A DNA stretch of 63,044 nucleotides, the filler included, from Rhabdomonas costata (Eukaryota): assembly GCA_019059605.1 (NCBI GenBank). It is 41 parts of 41 records of this genome, joined end to end, with 100 filler letters (N's around TTAATTAATTAA, not from the genome) between each part and the next. Parts side by side here need not be neighbours in the genome. Positions count along the whole stretch, not along the records: positions 36,985 to 38,423 come from JAHMHO010015891.1; positions 38,524 to 39,946 come from JAHMHO010015892.1; positions 40,047 to 41,487 come from JAHMHO010015893.1; positions 41,588 to 43,026 come from JAHMHO010015894.1; positions 43,127 to 44,566 come from JAHMHO010015895.1; positions 44,667 to 46,106 come from JAHMHO010015896.1; positions 46,207 to 47,646 come from JAHMHO010015897.1; positions 47,747 to 49,186 come from JAHMHO010015898.1; 33 more parts are not named here. One strand, 5' to 3'. Shown here one piece after another: positions 37,780-50,707 of the stretch; position 1 is the stretch's first letter, and the number at the start of each line of letters is the position of its first letter. Under the pieces are notes generated by a model. The model ran no database searches. It saw only the letters and a program-made list of their open reading frames with translations, and was not told the DNA's origin. Both the position numbers and the translations under genes were made by a program.

Positions 37780-38252
37780 CTGAGAAAACGACGAGCCAGC
37801 CAAATATCACCCGCACAGACTGGCACAACAGACTGCTGTTTCCAGGAATGTGGAAAAGTTACGAGTGATTGTGGCCACCCCCATCCCACACCCTTGCCTT
37901 GATGCCAAGCAATCACTGGCGGGCGGGAAACAATCGGGGAAACCCCGCCCACAGTTTTTATTCTCCATCTGTATTTAGAGCCGCGTCGGCGTGTGCCCAT
38001 GTTGTCAGCGTTGGCTCCACCAGCGCCTTCAAACATTTTATGTCCCTATGAAAGAAAAAATGAGAAGGCTATTCGAATCTGACTATTTTTGCCATCTTTC
38101 TTTGCCAATAATTTGTGACCCCCCCCCCCAGGGACAATGCTGTATTGTCCAAGCGCTCATTTTATCCTCAACAACGTCTCCCCCCGGGGGGGGGGTGTCC
38201 CAGAGACTATTGGCAGCAAAGATTGTGCAGAGCATTAATGTGCAAGCAACCC

Positions 38253-38312
38253 AAACGCAAACGCAAACGCAAACGCAAACGCAAACGCAAACGCAAACGC
38301 AAACGCAAACGC
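38253..38312 (+). repeat. (AAACGC)10 microsatellite
   Basis: Perfect hexamer run. Confidence 0.98.
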
Positions 38313-41300
38313 AACGCCCTAGACAACCACAGAGAGAAAGAGGCTGCCATCGAATCGTTTACAGAGGAGAACAAGGTTTACTTGACGGGAGACGCGCCTT
38401 CCCGAAAAGGGACCCAACCCACCNNNNNNNNNNNNNNNNNNNNNNNNNNNNNNNNNNNNNNNNNNNNTTAATTAATTAANNNNNNNNNNNNNNNNNNNNN
38501 NNNNNNNNNNNNNNNNNNNNNNNGTGTTTTTGTGGAGAAGTTCGTGGTCAAGGGAAGCAGGTGTTTTCCGATGGTCTCAGAGCTTATAATATATACGTAC
38601 GTACGTGTTAACATACCTTACCTTACCTAATTCAATAATTGCCGCTGCTTGGATCGACGAACGAACGATGGCCTCGCTTTGGAGCATTTCTTAAGTGCCG
38701 GAAGGGCCGGGAACTCTTGCGGGTGCTGGTTGCCAATCACTGGCTGGGTCGTTTGGAAAAAATTAAAGTTGTTATCACTTCTGCCATTCTGCTGGGCGCA
38801 CATATCTGTTGCATGTGATTTTCCTTCTTTGGTTGACAAGTGTTGCACCGTCTACGTGATGTGTTTGTCGCATGGCAAATGCTGGCTTCGCTGCAGTTCT
38901 CTTGAATATTCTATTGGCTTGTGTTTCCGATCATGACAAGCTATGCTGCTGCCGCCCCTGGAATTTCCAGGAAGGGCAGAGGACTTGCTGCTGCGGACCG
39001 GATCCCAATGGTATTCCAGCGCTCTTTTTTTTGTTGCAGGTCCAGGGCCCTTGTACCACCTTATCCCCATATCCATGCTTGTGCTCGTCTCTGTGTGTTG
39101 GGGGGCGAAGCGTGGTGCCCATTGACTTGAGGAAGAAGGGCAGCGTTAACGATTGCGCCATGGTGACCACTGGAAAGCGTTATTCTCCCAGGTTCTGGCA
39201 CTGATGCCCTTAAAAAAAACTGGACACTGCACAAGTGCACAGTGTTACTCACTTTCACAGCGTTTGCGCTTGTTTGTTGCAAGTTGCACTGGTTCTCAAT
39301 GGTTGGGAGCCCTTGTTGTCCGTTGTTTTTGTTCTCGCCATCCGGGTTGTTCTCAGGCCGATCGGGACGAGTTTCACGCGGGTATTTCTGTTTAATTCTC
39401 TCCTACTCCTCATCCTCTCTTCCTCTCGGGCTCTGTGATTGCATTGATGGCTAAAAACGTTTCATGTTGAAATGTGAAACCCATGTTAAACTCACTCACA
39501 ACGATAAAATCAAGTTTTCGCAACAGTTCCTTGTCTTCGTGGTTCAGATGCGTCGACGTATTCGTGCATCATCCCCTCGACCCCAAGCGTGTGACTAGCT
39601 TCTGGGTGCCATCATATCGTCTGCTAATGACGAGGAATGCGAGTGAAATCTTTTTTCACTTAAGGGCAAACAGGTTCTCGGGGGAATTTCAGCATCTGAC
39701 TTCGACGCGGAATTCGATAGGTTGCAGGCGGTGACTGTTCCATTGTCCAGAGAACAAATGAAAGAAGAAACGAATCAGATCTTATGCACGGATTACTTTT
39801 TTTTTGAAACTGACTGGTGCGGAAAAATTGACTCCGGCGGGAAAAGAAAATCGCAAGTAAAAGGCATTATTATTCCTTTCCTAGTGTGTGTCCGCAGGCA
39901 ATGATTTCTTGCAGTGGAGCAATGCGAATGAAAAACACAACAAACCNNNNNNNNNNNNNNNNNNNNNNNNNNNNNNNNNNNNNNNNNNNNTTAATTAATT
40001 AANNNNNNNNNNNNNNNNNNNNNNNNNNNNNNNNNNNNNNNNNNNNTGTTGTTGTTGCACTGATGTTGGTGTAGTTGCCCTTGGCTTTGCTGTGCTTCTC
40101 ACTTGTGTGCCCATTTCGTTTGTCAATTTTGTTTTGTTCTCAGCCGTCTTCTTCCCCGCCTTTGGAAGTTCCCTCAGGGAAAGTCACTTCCTTTCAGGGG
40201 TTGTGGTGCGCTTTCTTTTGGTAGGGCTGTCAGCACTGTTGCCGATGGGTCCGATCGGATTTTGCATCCGTGTTTTGGATGGGAGCAGTGGGTTGGCTTG
40301 ACTGCAACGGATGCGCCTGGGAACTTTGTTGATGAGATTCTGGGGTGAGGGGGAGGCAGAAGACGTTTGGGTACCTTGAGCTCGCCAGGGGCCTGAATTG
40401 TGTAGTGGTGTCGGCGGTGAGATTTCCACAGCGCCGGCTGTGGTTTCTTGTCCAGTGGACCTGTGCAATCATTTTTTGGGCACCCCACCACAACAACAAG
40501 AACACTTACACACAAGCACAGACACTTGCGCACACCATGAGCACAGAAGACAGCGGATCACAGAAGAGTGAGACATCAGCTCCACCTCAGCCAGCGCTAT
40601 GCGTGCAACTCACTCACTAACTCGCTTACACTAACGCACTCACAAAGAGCAAAAGGGGACGTCTTCAGTAGAAACAATACCTGCACATGACAACAGTGTG
40701 CACAGCGTCACGTGCTGCTAGTTTCGGTCCACGATACATGCACAAGAATTGAACGAGACACAGAAGTCACTCTTTCCCCACCCAACCGCCTCTACTACTA
40801 CCACTCACAGTCACCGCCTCAAGGCGGGAGCTTCTACTCAGTTTCCCCGCATTTGCTGGAGGCTGGGTCGCAGCTCCTTCCGTAGGTACATCAGCGACCC
40901 TGCCGAAACAGCTCGCACCCGAAGGCGCGGTACCAACGGTGTGTCGAGTAACCCGGCTGCTGCTGAAATCTCAGAGCCTGGCAGATGGAGACGGGAAGGC
41001 CTCCAACCCCAGGGTACCGCTTGGAGCATTCTCGCCAACCCAGCCAACAGTCCGCGAAGCAGAGCAGGCGCACGTGGATCCCGCCACTCTGTCGTCGCCG
41101 CTCTCGCCCTGGCGATCGGAATCCGTCCGATACGCCAAGGTGGCCTTCGCCCCATCACCCCAGGTGCCCTCCACAACGGTCAGCGATTACCAGAAAGAAG
41201 AGGCATCCAATTCCAGCCCCAGGTCCTCCGCGGTTGAAGGAGGATAGGCCAAAAGTCGAAAATGGGGTCAGCACCCGCCAAAACCCAAAGTCGGCATTCG

Positions 41301-41748
41301 AAGGAAGCACCACAAAAAAGATTGCAACGTCAATGCGAGCGAGGGAGACGTTAGAGAGAGGACCACAGGTCGAGAGACGGGGGACCAAAGAAGGGACGGG
41401 CAAACATGGCTGCGCGGACTATTAATTAAGCGCCCAGGGAGGACAGAGACACAGAGCAGAAGAGGCCAACGGCGGGGAGAGTACTTCNNNNNNNNNNNNN
41501 NNNNNNNNNNNNNNNNNNNNNNNNNNNNNNNTTAATTAATTAANNNNNNNNNNNNNNNNNNNNNNNNNNNNNNNNNNNNNNNNNNNNCGACCTCATAAGA
41601 ATGACATCACATGTGCAGTTCCTTGCGATGCCCCGTCCGATCGATTTGCTTTTCTCCGCTCGCACTCGCACTGGGTTTGGTTCAGGAACTGTATACGGCA
41701 AGGTTTTTTTCTGTGGGTGTCAGCGGCTGTGTGCTGTGGTCTGTGCAG

Positions 41749-43026
41749 GGGTCAACCTTGAGCAGACGATGGAACAGCTGAAGCTGGTGTTTGAGGCCAC
41801 TCAGAAGCGCAGGGCCCTGGTCGCGGGGTGGGTGCCTCATGAAATGCTTGCTATTCTGGGGCAGATGCGGCGCCCGCCCACGTTGGACGAGTTGACGCTG
41901 TTCGCAGGGGTGCCCCCATCAGATCTGCAGACTTCCATACTGAGCCGAACTGAAAGGGTGTGCCCGGGAGGGGCAGGGGAGGAGCGGGAGAGGGCGTTCA
42001 AGCAGAGGTGCCACTGATTTGCTTTCCCCCTTTTTTCTGTTGACGTTTCCGCCATCACCTCTTCCGGGGTTTTACGTTGCTGCTGTAAGCGCGGGTACTC
42101 TGCACTACTGCACTCCATAGTACTGTCGCCACAGCCCGTGAGCAAATCGTTGCGCTGCGTTCTTTTCAGCTGCCGCGACCAGAGCTTTGAACTGCCCTAC
42201 TCTTGCTCTCAGGGGGAGCCCCTGCGCGAGGTCGTGCAGGAGCTCGCCGAGGAGCACCGCATGAACCTGGTTCACCTCAACGCCAAGCGACTGTCCGAGG
42301 CGGGCAAGACGATTCGGCTAACCCAACTGAGCCCGACGAAGCTGAGCGGGAGCAGTGATCCGATGGAGATGGCTGTGTCGGTGACGGATCTGGAGGGTAG
42401 CGGTGGGATTCGGGTGGGCCCTGGTCCAGTGGTGACGTGGTTCCTGCCTTCGGTTTGCGCACATTTGTTTCTGGGAATGGGCTTTTTTGGGAGTGGTTGT
42501 GATGCTCAGTCCCCCCCCCCTCAAGGTGGCCCGTGTCAGTGATCCGGTTTTCGCCGATCGTTGAAGGTGGACCAGAGATAGGTGCAAATCTTTCCCACGG
42601 TGTGACATAGTGTTAGTTGCTCTCTGCTGTTTCTTCTAGTGCTCGGGTGGGCCCTGGTCCAGTGGTGGCGTGGTTTCTACAGTTGGTGTGCGTTCGGAGG
42701 CGTGTCCAGGAATTTGTGGAAATATAGGCAGTCTCTGCGCAGTTAGTTTTCAAAATCCATCGCATCCTGGTGACACGCATACTTCCGCTCTTTGTGATCC
42801 AGGTTCGGCACCCCGTCCCCGCCCCTCCCCGCGATGTTCTTTGCTCACTAGCTAAATTTTGTCGTGAAAGATAACGCCGATGTCATTCTGTTGAACCGGC
42901 CGCGCTGCAGGTCCAGGAGAGCATCGACTTCAGCAGCTCTCTTTGCCCCGTCGCAAGCCAACTGCAACCCGCACCGTCCCTACGCAGCGCACTGAAGAAA
43001 CGCCCTGGCAGCCCCTCCCCCACAAC
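41749..43026 (+). CDS. Partial hypothetical protein; exons 41749-41957, 42135-42380, 42911->43026
   Basis: Three GC3-rich exons joined in frame by phase-0 GT-AG introns; no family recognised. Confidence 0.65.
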
Positions 43027-43585
43027 NNNNNNNNNNNNNNNNNNNNNNNNNNNNNNNNNNNNNNNNNNNNTTAATTAATTAANNNNNNNNNNNNNNNNNN
43101 NNNNNNNNNNNNNNNNNNNNNNNNNNTGTTTTGGTGACTTTGCACACGAGAGAGCTAGTTAAGGTGGTTTCCGGCGAGCATTGCTCCAAACATTGTTTCT
43201 TTTCTTCCAGTGAAGGGAAAAAGAGTAACATTTTGGGTCACATGAAGTGAAGGCTTTCAAGAATCCTTTCGCATCACCAAACAAATAGCAAATAGCTCCA
43301 CCGCAATTTTGCACGTTCATGCGTGCATGCGATCAGCGTTTTTGTCCGACCGTATCCATTTCTTCACTTCTTCACCCACATGTGCTTGGCCTGACCATTC
43401 TATTCACTGCCAATTTCCAACCTTATTCCGAACAGCATAGGCCTAACATAACACTGGGCAAGGAACCGAAACAAAAAATTTAGCTGAACACATCCTCCAG
43501 CCAGCATAAAAAAGAGACCACACGAAGAAGGGTGGCAAGCGCACAGACAACAAGAGCAGATAGGTATCTCTATGTAGGTCTCCCC

Positions 43586-44566
43586 TCAGGCATCCCCCGG
43601 TTCCTTGTGGGAAAGGCCCTTCCATTTTGTGTGCAGAACGTTCATCACCTCCCGGCGTGCACAGCACGGGCTTCCGGCGTGGCCCTCCTCGGTGCCGCCC
43701 GAGTCCAAAAGTCTCTCAGACAGCTGCTCAGTCACCGCGTCGAAGGGAAAGACAAGCTGGAGCTTGGAGCCTGGCACAGGGCTGTCGCCAGCCGTTGAGG
43801 CCTAAGAAAAGAAAGTTCTTTCTCATCGCAAAATCCCGTAAGCTACATACCCTTACCTCCGCAGCACTTCTTCTATAACTTCCTAACGAGAAGAACGAGA
43901 GTCGCAGAGTGAAATGAGTATCAAAGGTGCAACGGTGGAGGGGGGTAATCTGGCTAGAAAATGAAAGATCATACAGAAGGCCATTTTTTTGTAGCTTAGA
44001 TATCACAGAAACCTTTAATATCAATGTTGCAGAGTAAATGCGGAGCTCCCTCGGGCCTACGCAAGTGTGCAAAGAGTGTGGGAGGGTGCGTGGTGCAAGT
44101 TTGTATTTGAACGAGTGAAGTGAAAAACCAGTCACACCTCCGGGTTTGGCTGGAATTTTAACACATCCACGATGGAGTCAATCAAGGCAGGTTTCACCAC
44201 CTCGTCCACTGGAAAGTCTAAGTCCAAAGCAGGGCTGAAGTTCACCTCAAGTATCCACGGGTTACCCGCCCCATCCAGCAGCACGTCAAATCCTGCACAA
44301 GTGTAAACAAGGCAGCCCAGGAACAAAAAATGTTGCCCCATTCACGCGCTATGTGCAAGCAACACATCAGCGAACCCGTTCTGGAGGACAGGTGCAGCTT
44401 TCACCTTGTGGAAATGCTGTGGGGGTCCAGGAAAGGGGAGTCGCAAGGAGCGCACACCGAAGAGCTCGAAGCAGCAAGGCTGCCTTGGGACAGCCGCTCC
44501 TCCCGCCAGGCACACTGCAGTCGCGCAGACGTCCACCTTCGCCCACAGCTGCTCCAGGCTTGTGCC
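43586..44566 (-). CDS. 3' part of a tubulin-tyrosine-ligase-like (TTLL) enzyme; exons >44566-44458, 44292-44138, 43801-43586
   Basis: CFELF|GFDVLLDGAGNPWILEVNFSPAL....DEVVKPALI is the TTL catalytic core; the terminal exon has LVFPF and a stop. Confidence 0.93.
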
Positions 44567-44729
44567 NNNNNNNNNNNNNNNNNNNNNNNNNNNNNNNNNN
44601 NNNNNNNNNNTTAATTAATTAANNNNNNNNNNNNNNNNNNNNNNNNNNNNNNNNNNNNNNNNNNNNCGTGGGATCCGAATGGAAGCTTGCGATCCGCCCT
44701 TTCTCTACTTTCTTTCTGAAACTGTCCAG

Positions 44730-45255
44730 CTTGAGCGGGCTAAGGTGGAGCAAGTGGTGGAGAGCAATGCGATTCTCGAGCCTGTGACGGAGCTGCTTCG
44801 CCAGCAGTCTGCCCGTGGCGCCGGCGAGGGTATGAGTTTGTGTGAGCTGTGGCCCGCACATTGGCAGGAGCACACACAAGCACCCTAGGTTGGTGCCTGG
44901 GATGTTGCAAAGAAGGCTCGTTGCGGGGGCGAGGTAACCTGTTTGGTGTCACATCGTCGTTCATCGGCGAGTGCGAGACGCTGTAATGAAACGCATTCGT
45001 ATCCGGAGGACAAAAACACACCCATGCTCAGTTGATGTCTCCTGCGCAACAGAGCCTGACATCACTGTGCTGCAGCAGGGCCTTGGGGTGCTTTCCCTGC
45101 TGCTCCCTCCCTCCCCCGCGGTGCTGGCGGAGGCTCGACGGTGTGGCCTTCCCGCGGTGCTGCGCGAGGTCGAGCGCACCGTGGCCACGCACCCGGACCT
45201 GGTTGAGGTCCTGGGAGAGCTTCTGCCTCGCACGGCGCAGTTTCAGGTGGCCTGA
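44730..45255 (+). CDS. Partial helical (possibly ARM-like) hypothetical protein; exons 44730-44829, 45053-~45255
   Basis: Phase-1 GT-AG junction (G|AG); Leu-rich amphipathic sequence. Confidence 0.55.
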
Positions 45256-46758
45256 AGAGCGCCCTGATCTGGACCTGGCTTGGGTTGGCCCAACCAAGTT
45301 CCGATTGGTCTGGCCTCGGGCTGCTAGGAGGCCCTGTCTTGGAAAGAGACTCACCAGGAGTCCTGCGGGTTGGGGGTCAAGGGCACCTTTGGTGTCTTTG
45401 GCCCTTCAAGCACTGTGTACCCATTTTTTCAATGTGAGTTTGTTCTTCTGCCGTATCCATTTGCTGACTTTGGGGTGGCAATTTCTGAGGAGGGGGGAGC
45501 GGTGTTAAGCAGTTTAGGAAGATAAACGAAAACCAGAGATGTCATTCCTTTAAACGCCATACCTTTGAAACCGCTAAGCTGATCACGCCTTCCCTTCTCT
45601 TCCCTTTGGAATCGACCTCCCCACTCCCACCCACCCAAGCTCAACCGTCTGCAGAGCGGCGCTGGTTAGTGCGGCAACGGGGAAGCGGCTCGCCACGTCC
45701 TGAGGCTGCACCATGCGGGGGTGAGTGGGAACCACCCGAGAGGCCCGCGTGGCTTCGCTCGACCCTCTGCCACTGGTGACGTACAGCGGTGACGCGTCCC
45801 TGAGGGGTGCCACCTCAGGGGCGGTCATCACCGACCAGCCTGTCGGAAAAAAAACATAGCCATCCCACCAAAGGCCCCAAAGGAAAAGGGACGGCGACGG
45901 AGATGAAGAACGCCACTCACGGGAAGAAGCACCCAACCAAGGCACCAATACCCTCGGCGTGGCTGCAACATCCATAATGCTCAGCTCGTGCACTCTGCCC
46001 TGCCTCCCTTAACACCTCCACATTTGACATGTGCTCGGTCTAGCACCTCAGCGCCTTCCCTGCATTGCAGGAATGCGTTTTTTGTTACACCAGAGGCCAA
46101 AAAAAANNNNNNNNNNNNNNNNNNNNNNNNNNNNNNNNNNNNNNNNNNNNTTAATTAATTAANNNNNNNNNNNNNNNNNNNNNNNNNNNNNNNNNNNNNN
46201 NNNNNNGTGGTGTTTTTTTTGGCAGTGTAGCTTTGCTGACAATTTTGATGCGTTTAGTGGGCAGTCAGATCGCCGGGAATAGTGGAGGGAGCTACTTTCA
46301 CTTTAAGACTGAACAGTGGACACCCTCCCATCCAATGGAACCTGTAACCTGGGGGTATCCAAAGGGCAGGTATCCTGCAGAAAAGAAAAGCGCAACTGAT
46401 AGCATGAAATTTGAGCACTGTACCAGTATTTGCTTCGTGACGGTGTAGTATAGTACGGGGTGTACGGACGATAAGTCTGAATGCTGTGATTAGCTGAAAA
46501 TTGCTGATGGGCTGAACTTTTTAACCAGTCATCACTTATCAGTCACTTGTCACGTAGTCACATCTCATCCTGAGATGGTTCACTTCAGGGTTTGTACCAC
46601 ATACCGCCAAGGGGCAAAGGTCTCGACATAGCAGATACTCATGTTTTTGCCCACGTCACCTTTCCGGGACGGCGACATAGAGTCGGCGGGGGGCCGACAA
46701 CTAAAAGCTCCGGTTACCCAGCCGACCTCAGAATGAAAACGGCCCAAAATCCAGTAAT

Positions 46759-47090
46759 GGACAAAATTCAAAAAGGACAAAATTCAAAAAAGGACAAAAT
46801 TCCAGGACCTTTTTCAAATCACGCCCCGAGTTTCGACCTTCTCTGGGGGAAGTCTGCTTCCCAAATTGCCCCGCTTTTCTGCCAAACGATGAGAAATATG
46901 CCTGAGAATCTGTATATATACAAAAAGTTTCGAAAATTTATAGTGTTTGAAAAATATAACACGTTTGAAAATGGACGAAATGCAAAATTAAAGGACAAGA
47001 TTGCAAAGAAAAAAAAGGACAAAATTCAAAAAAGGACAAACAGGACGTGTTCTCTGGTACGGAAGGTGCGTACGGAAGGTACGGAATTCG
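46759..47090 (+). repeat. Two clusters of GGACAAAATTC(A)n repeats plus GTACGGAA repeats
   Basis: Copies at about 46759, 46775, 46792 and 47017; variants at 46973, 46993 and 47034; GTACGGAA three times at 47057-47087. Confidence 0.8.
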
Positions 47091-48181
47091 GAAAAAAGTG
47101 GAAAGTTAGAAAAAAGGAAAAGGGACGTTTCAGAACAGGGGACGGGCTATGCTCTTGCCGCGCTGTCTTTGAGACGTGAACGGGACCCTCTGTTGAGACG
47201 GACGCCTTATGTGTAGGAAAGCCGCCGTTCACTTGAACTTACCTTGCCGCGCTGTAATTCTTTACTAACTTTGTTAAAGCATGGTTGCCTATTAAAACAG
47301 CACACATTCTTTGAATCTTGGATAAAATTGCGGATCCTCTGAGTTCACCAGCAAAGGGAGGATGCGTTTTTGTTTGTGACACATCGCTCCAATGAAAACT
47401 ATGTCAGTCATCCATTCTTTTTTATTGTAGATGAAATCTCTTAATCGTCATGTCACGTTTAATCGTTTAAGTCAGATATTATTACCGAAGAGGAAATGCG
47501 CATATCTCGATTTTCTATCATTTTTACGACCAAAAATGTACTTAGAAGCCAAGCAGATGGTCTAAGAAGCATGGGCGTATATGCTTGCGCGTATTCGACT
47601 ACGAGAGAAATAAAAAAGCCAATGATAAAATGACATACACAACACANNNNNNNNNNNNNNNNNNNNNNNNNNNNNNNNNNNNNNNNNNNNTTAATTAATT
47701 AANNNNNNNNNNNNNNNNNNNNNNNNNNNNNNNNNNNNNNNNNNNNTTGTTTGTTTTGGTTCAACTCTCAAATGCATTTTTCTTCGCTCGTTTCTAATCT
47801 TCGCTGGTGTGAAATCTAAACCCCCGCGGAGCAGATGGGGATTCCTGTTCTGTTGCGTGGTGAACCGGCGCCCCGCGGCACACCAAGATTATGGGGATCT
47901 AAGTGCGAGCGCCCAGAAGCTTGCGTTTTTCCCAACGGTCTGCTTTTCTTGTTGTCCCTCTTTCGGGCACTGCTTTCTTCTTGCAAGCTTTCATACACCC
48001 CCACCCCTATCCATAACAAAGGAGCATCCCGACATCGCACAACGCTGAAGACAGGAATCCTCCATGACAAAGCGTGACAAAATATCTCACGGACAGCATC
48101 TCCGGGTACACCCGGTACAATACCAGCAAGCGCTCATTCATCCAGATCCACCCACGTAAGCAACCACCCACACCCACACAC

Positions 48182-49043
48182 CGCTCAAACTCCGCGACTC
48201 TGGCCTCTTGAGCCCTAGCCATGGCCAGGCGCTTCTGCACCGCTTCATGGAGTCGGCCAAGCCTCTGCTCCTGCAGAAGCTCCTGCTGCAGGGCTTCCAC
48301 CTGAGCCTTTTTTTCCGAGGGGGGGGATACAGTATCTGGTGAAGAAAAACGAGCCTCTGGGCCACCGACCGACAAACCATCCATTAGCCCAACGAAAAAC
48401 GACGACGTAAACACTCCCGTAGAAACCGCTCTGGCGTATAACACGGGCACAATAAGACGGAAGGTACAGGGGCGAAAGTGATTGAGTCTGTCTTGAATTG
48501 CATACTCGGTCTCAAATGTCCAGCAGATTCCATCCAGATTCAAATGTCCAGCAGATTCAATAATAAGAGCCTCGTTCTGAGTCGATGACCGTCTATGCAC
48601 CTCTACCCCCTTCCTCCTCTTGCAATCCTGAATGACCAAACCCATAGAAGCTAGCATTGATGCTGAGGATATGTTGTCCCCATAAAAGTCTCTGAGAAGC
48701 CAGCACTCCCACCATCGCCTATTGTTGGGATGGCCAGCGCAAAAATGAGACTGGGTGGGCCCAAAAACACCGTACACAACCACAAAGCCGCACGCACACA
48801 CTGGCCCGCAGACCTGCACGGGTTGGTGTGCCGCCGCGGAGGCCAGGGCATGCAGCGCCTCGGTAGCGTGGGCGAGGGCCTGCTGGGAGTCCAGCGGAGC
48901 CCCAGCGCAAGCCCGGCTAGCCGCTACTTCCGCCTGCAGGGTGTGCAGGAGGTTCTCTTCGGGAGGTGGGACACCGCAAGTCCTCACCGGGGACGGTAGC
49001 GTTCCCAGGGCCTTAAGCACCGCAGTGGCCAATGGACTTGGCT
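48182..49043 (-). CDS. Partial coiled-coil hypothetical protein; exons 49043-48814, 48300-48182
   Basis: AG/GT-bounded exons join in phase 0; E/Q/L/A-rich. Confidence 0.55.
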
Positions 49044-49878
49044 CTGTGCGTGTTGGGGGAGGGGAGTGCCTTTATCATTGTGAGAGAAAGAGAACAGCCT
49101 CTTGCAGAGGGCTATTTTCTTACTCTTTAAATATCACGCAACACTATGAACTGAGAGTATAAGCTAATGGTCAAAATGGAACAAACNNNNNNNNNNNNNN
49201 NNNNNNNNNNNNNNNNNNNNNNNNNNNNNNTTAATTAATTAANNNNNNNNNNNNNNNNNNNNNNNNNNNNNNNNNNNNNNNNNNNNTACGTGGGTGTTGA
49301 TGGGAAGGCATTGGGTTGCAATGGAAGTAATCAAAAACAAAGTAAAATGGAGTCTGAAACGAACACACAAGGAGGGAACTAGTGTGGGTGGACGGGGAAA
49401 GGCTGTAAAAATGGAAAATAGAAATGCAACCAAACCCACAATCATTTCCAGCGTCTTTCTTTGGTGCCACGAGCTTTTCTGCGTGTGAGCATGTTAGCAC
49501 AAGTATTTTCTTGAAAAAATGGGAGGGTCACATTGTGGGAGCCGTTTTCGTCTGTTTTTGGCGCATTTTTTCTCCCTTAAAACCCCGTTAAGAACCCTAG
49601 GTTTACTACCGTCTTTTTTCCTTTTTCATAGGTGGCCCATAGGCGGGTTAACAGCACAGCTTCGTCAGGGTACGAAAAACTGATTGCACTCAGTATGTCA
49701 AAACTGAGGTTTACACAGGTTTGCACATTTGGCACGACCAATTGCAACAACTCAGCAATGCCCGAACACTTGTCCAACAGTTAGAAGCAGAGAACCCCTC
49801 ATGGGAGGGGGGGGGGGGGCTTGTTTTGCGCCTCGTGCTTTTCCTCCATAGGCTTAGAAAGTGTTTTTCTCATCCACG

Positions 49879-50707
49879 ATGCCTCGACGAGCAGCGGGTG
49901 TGGCCAGCAAGGCTTTTTCCCAGATTCGCCATGCAGGTTCTGCCATCACAATGGGTCCTGACGGGAAACTGAGGGTTCCGAAAGACCCTATCATTCCCTT
50001 CATCGAAGGAGACGGCACGGGTAAAACCCTGCTTTCAACTTTTTTTTTCTCCCGCTCTCTCCTTTGTTCTCGCAAACTGATTTTTCTCGCTAAGGCCCTG
50101 ACATTTGGAGAGCAAGCCAGTACGTAATTGACGCTGCCGTTGAGGAAGCCTACGGGGGTCGCCGCAAGATTCACTGGGTCGAGGTGCTGGCTGGGGAGAA
50201 GGCCTTTCTGAAAACCGGAGAATGGTATTCTTTTCCTTTGACGAATTTCACCACCCCGTTCTTGATTTTTAGCAGTCCGCTTTTCTTCGGTGCCTTTCCC
50301 CCTTGCAACGTTCAACGAATGCAGTTGCGACCTTGCGGCCCACTTCACCAATACAGGGAAATTGGCTACACAGCTCCTCGAAAGGGCAAAGTTGGAAAAA
50401 ACCTGCCCAGTCTCCGTGAAGAGTCGTTTTTCCAACTTTTTCCAACAAACACCGGTGTACTTTGCCCCCGTCGCCCATTTTCACAGGCTGCCCCAGGACA
50501 CCATCGACAAGTACAAGAAGTACCTTGTGGGGATCAAGGGCCCCCTCACCACCCCCATCGGCGGTGGCATCCGATCGCTAAATGTGGCCCTGCGCCAGAT
50601 TCTGGATCTTTACGTCTGCCTCCGCCCGGTGAGGTGGTACAAAGGTGTCCCGAGCCCAGTTAACCATCCCGAGGATGTGGACATGGTCATCTTCAGGGAG
50701 AACACTG
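49879..50707 (+). CDS. icd: 5' part of a bacterial-type (E. coli Icd-like, subfamily I) isocitrate dehydrogenase with N-terminal presequence; exons 49879-50020, 50095-50224, 50487-50707
   Basis: Spliced: [61 protein letters not shown]...[58 protein letters not shown]. Three GT donors and two AG acceptors keep the frame. Confidence 0.95.
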
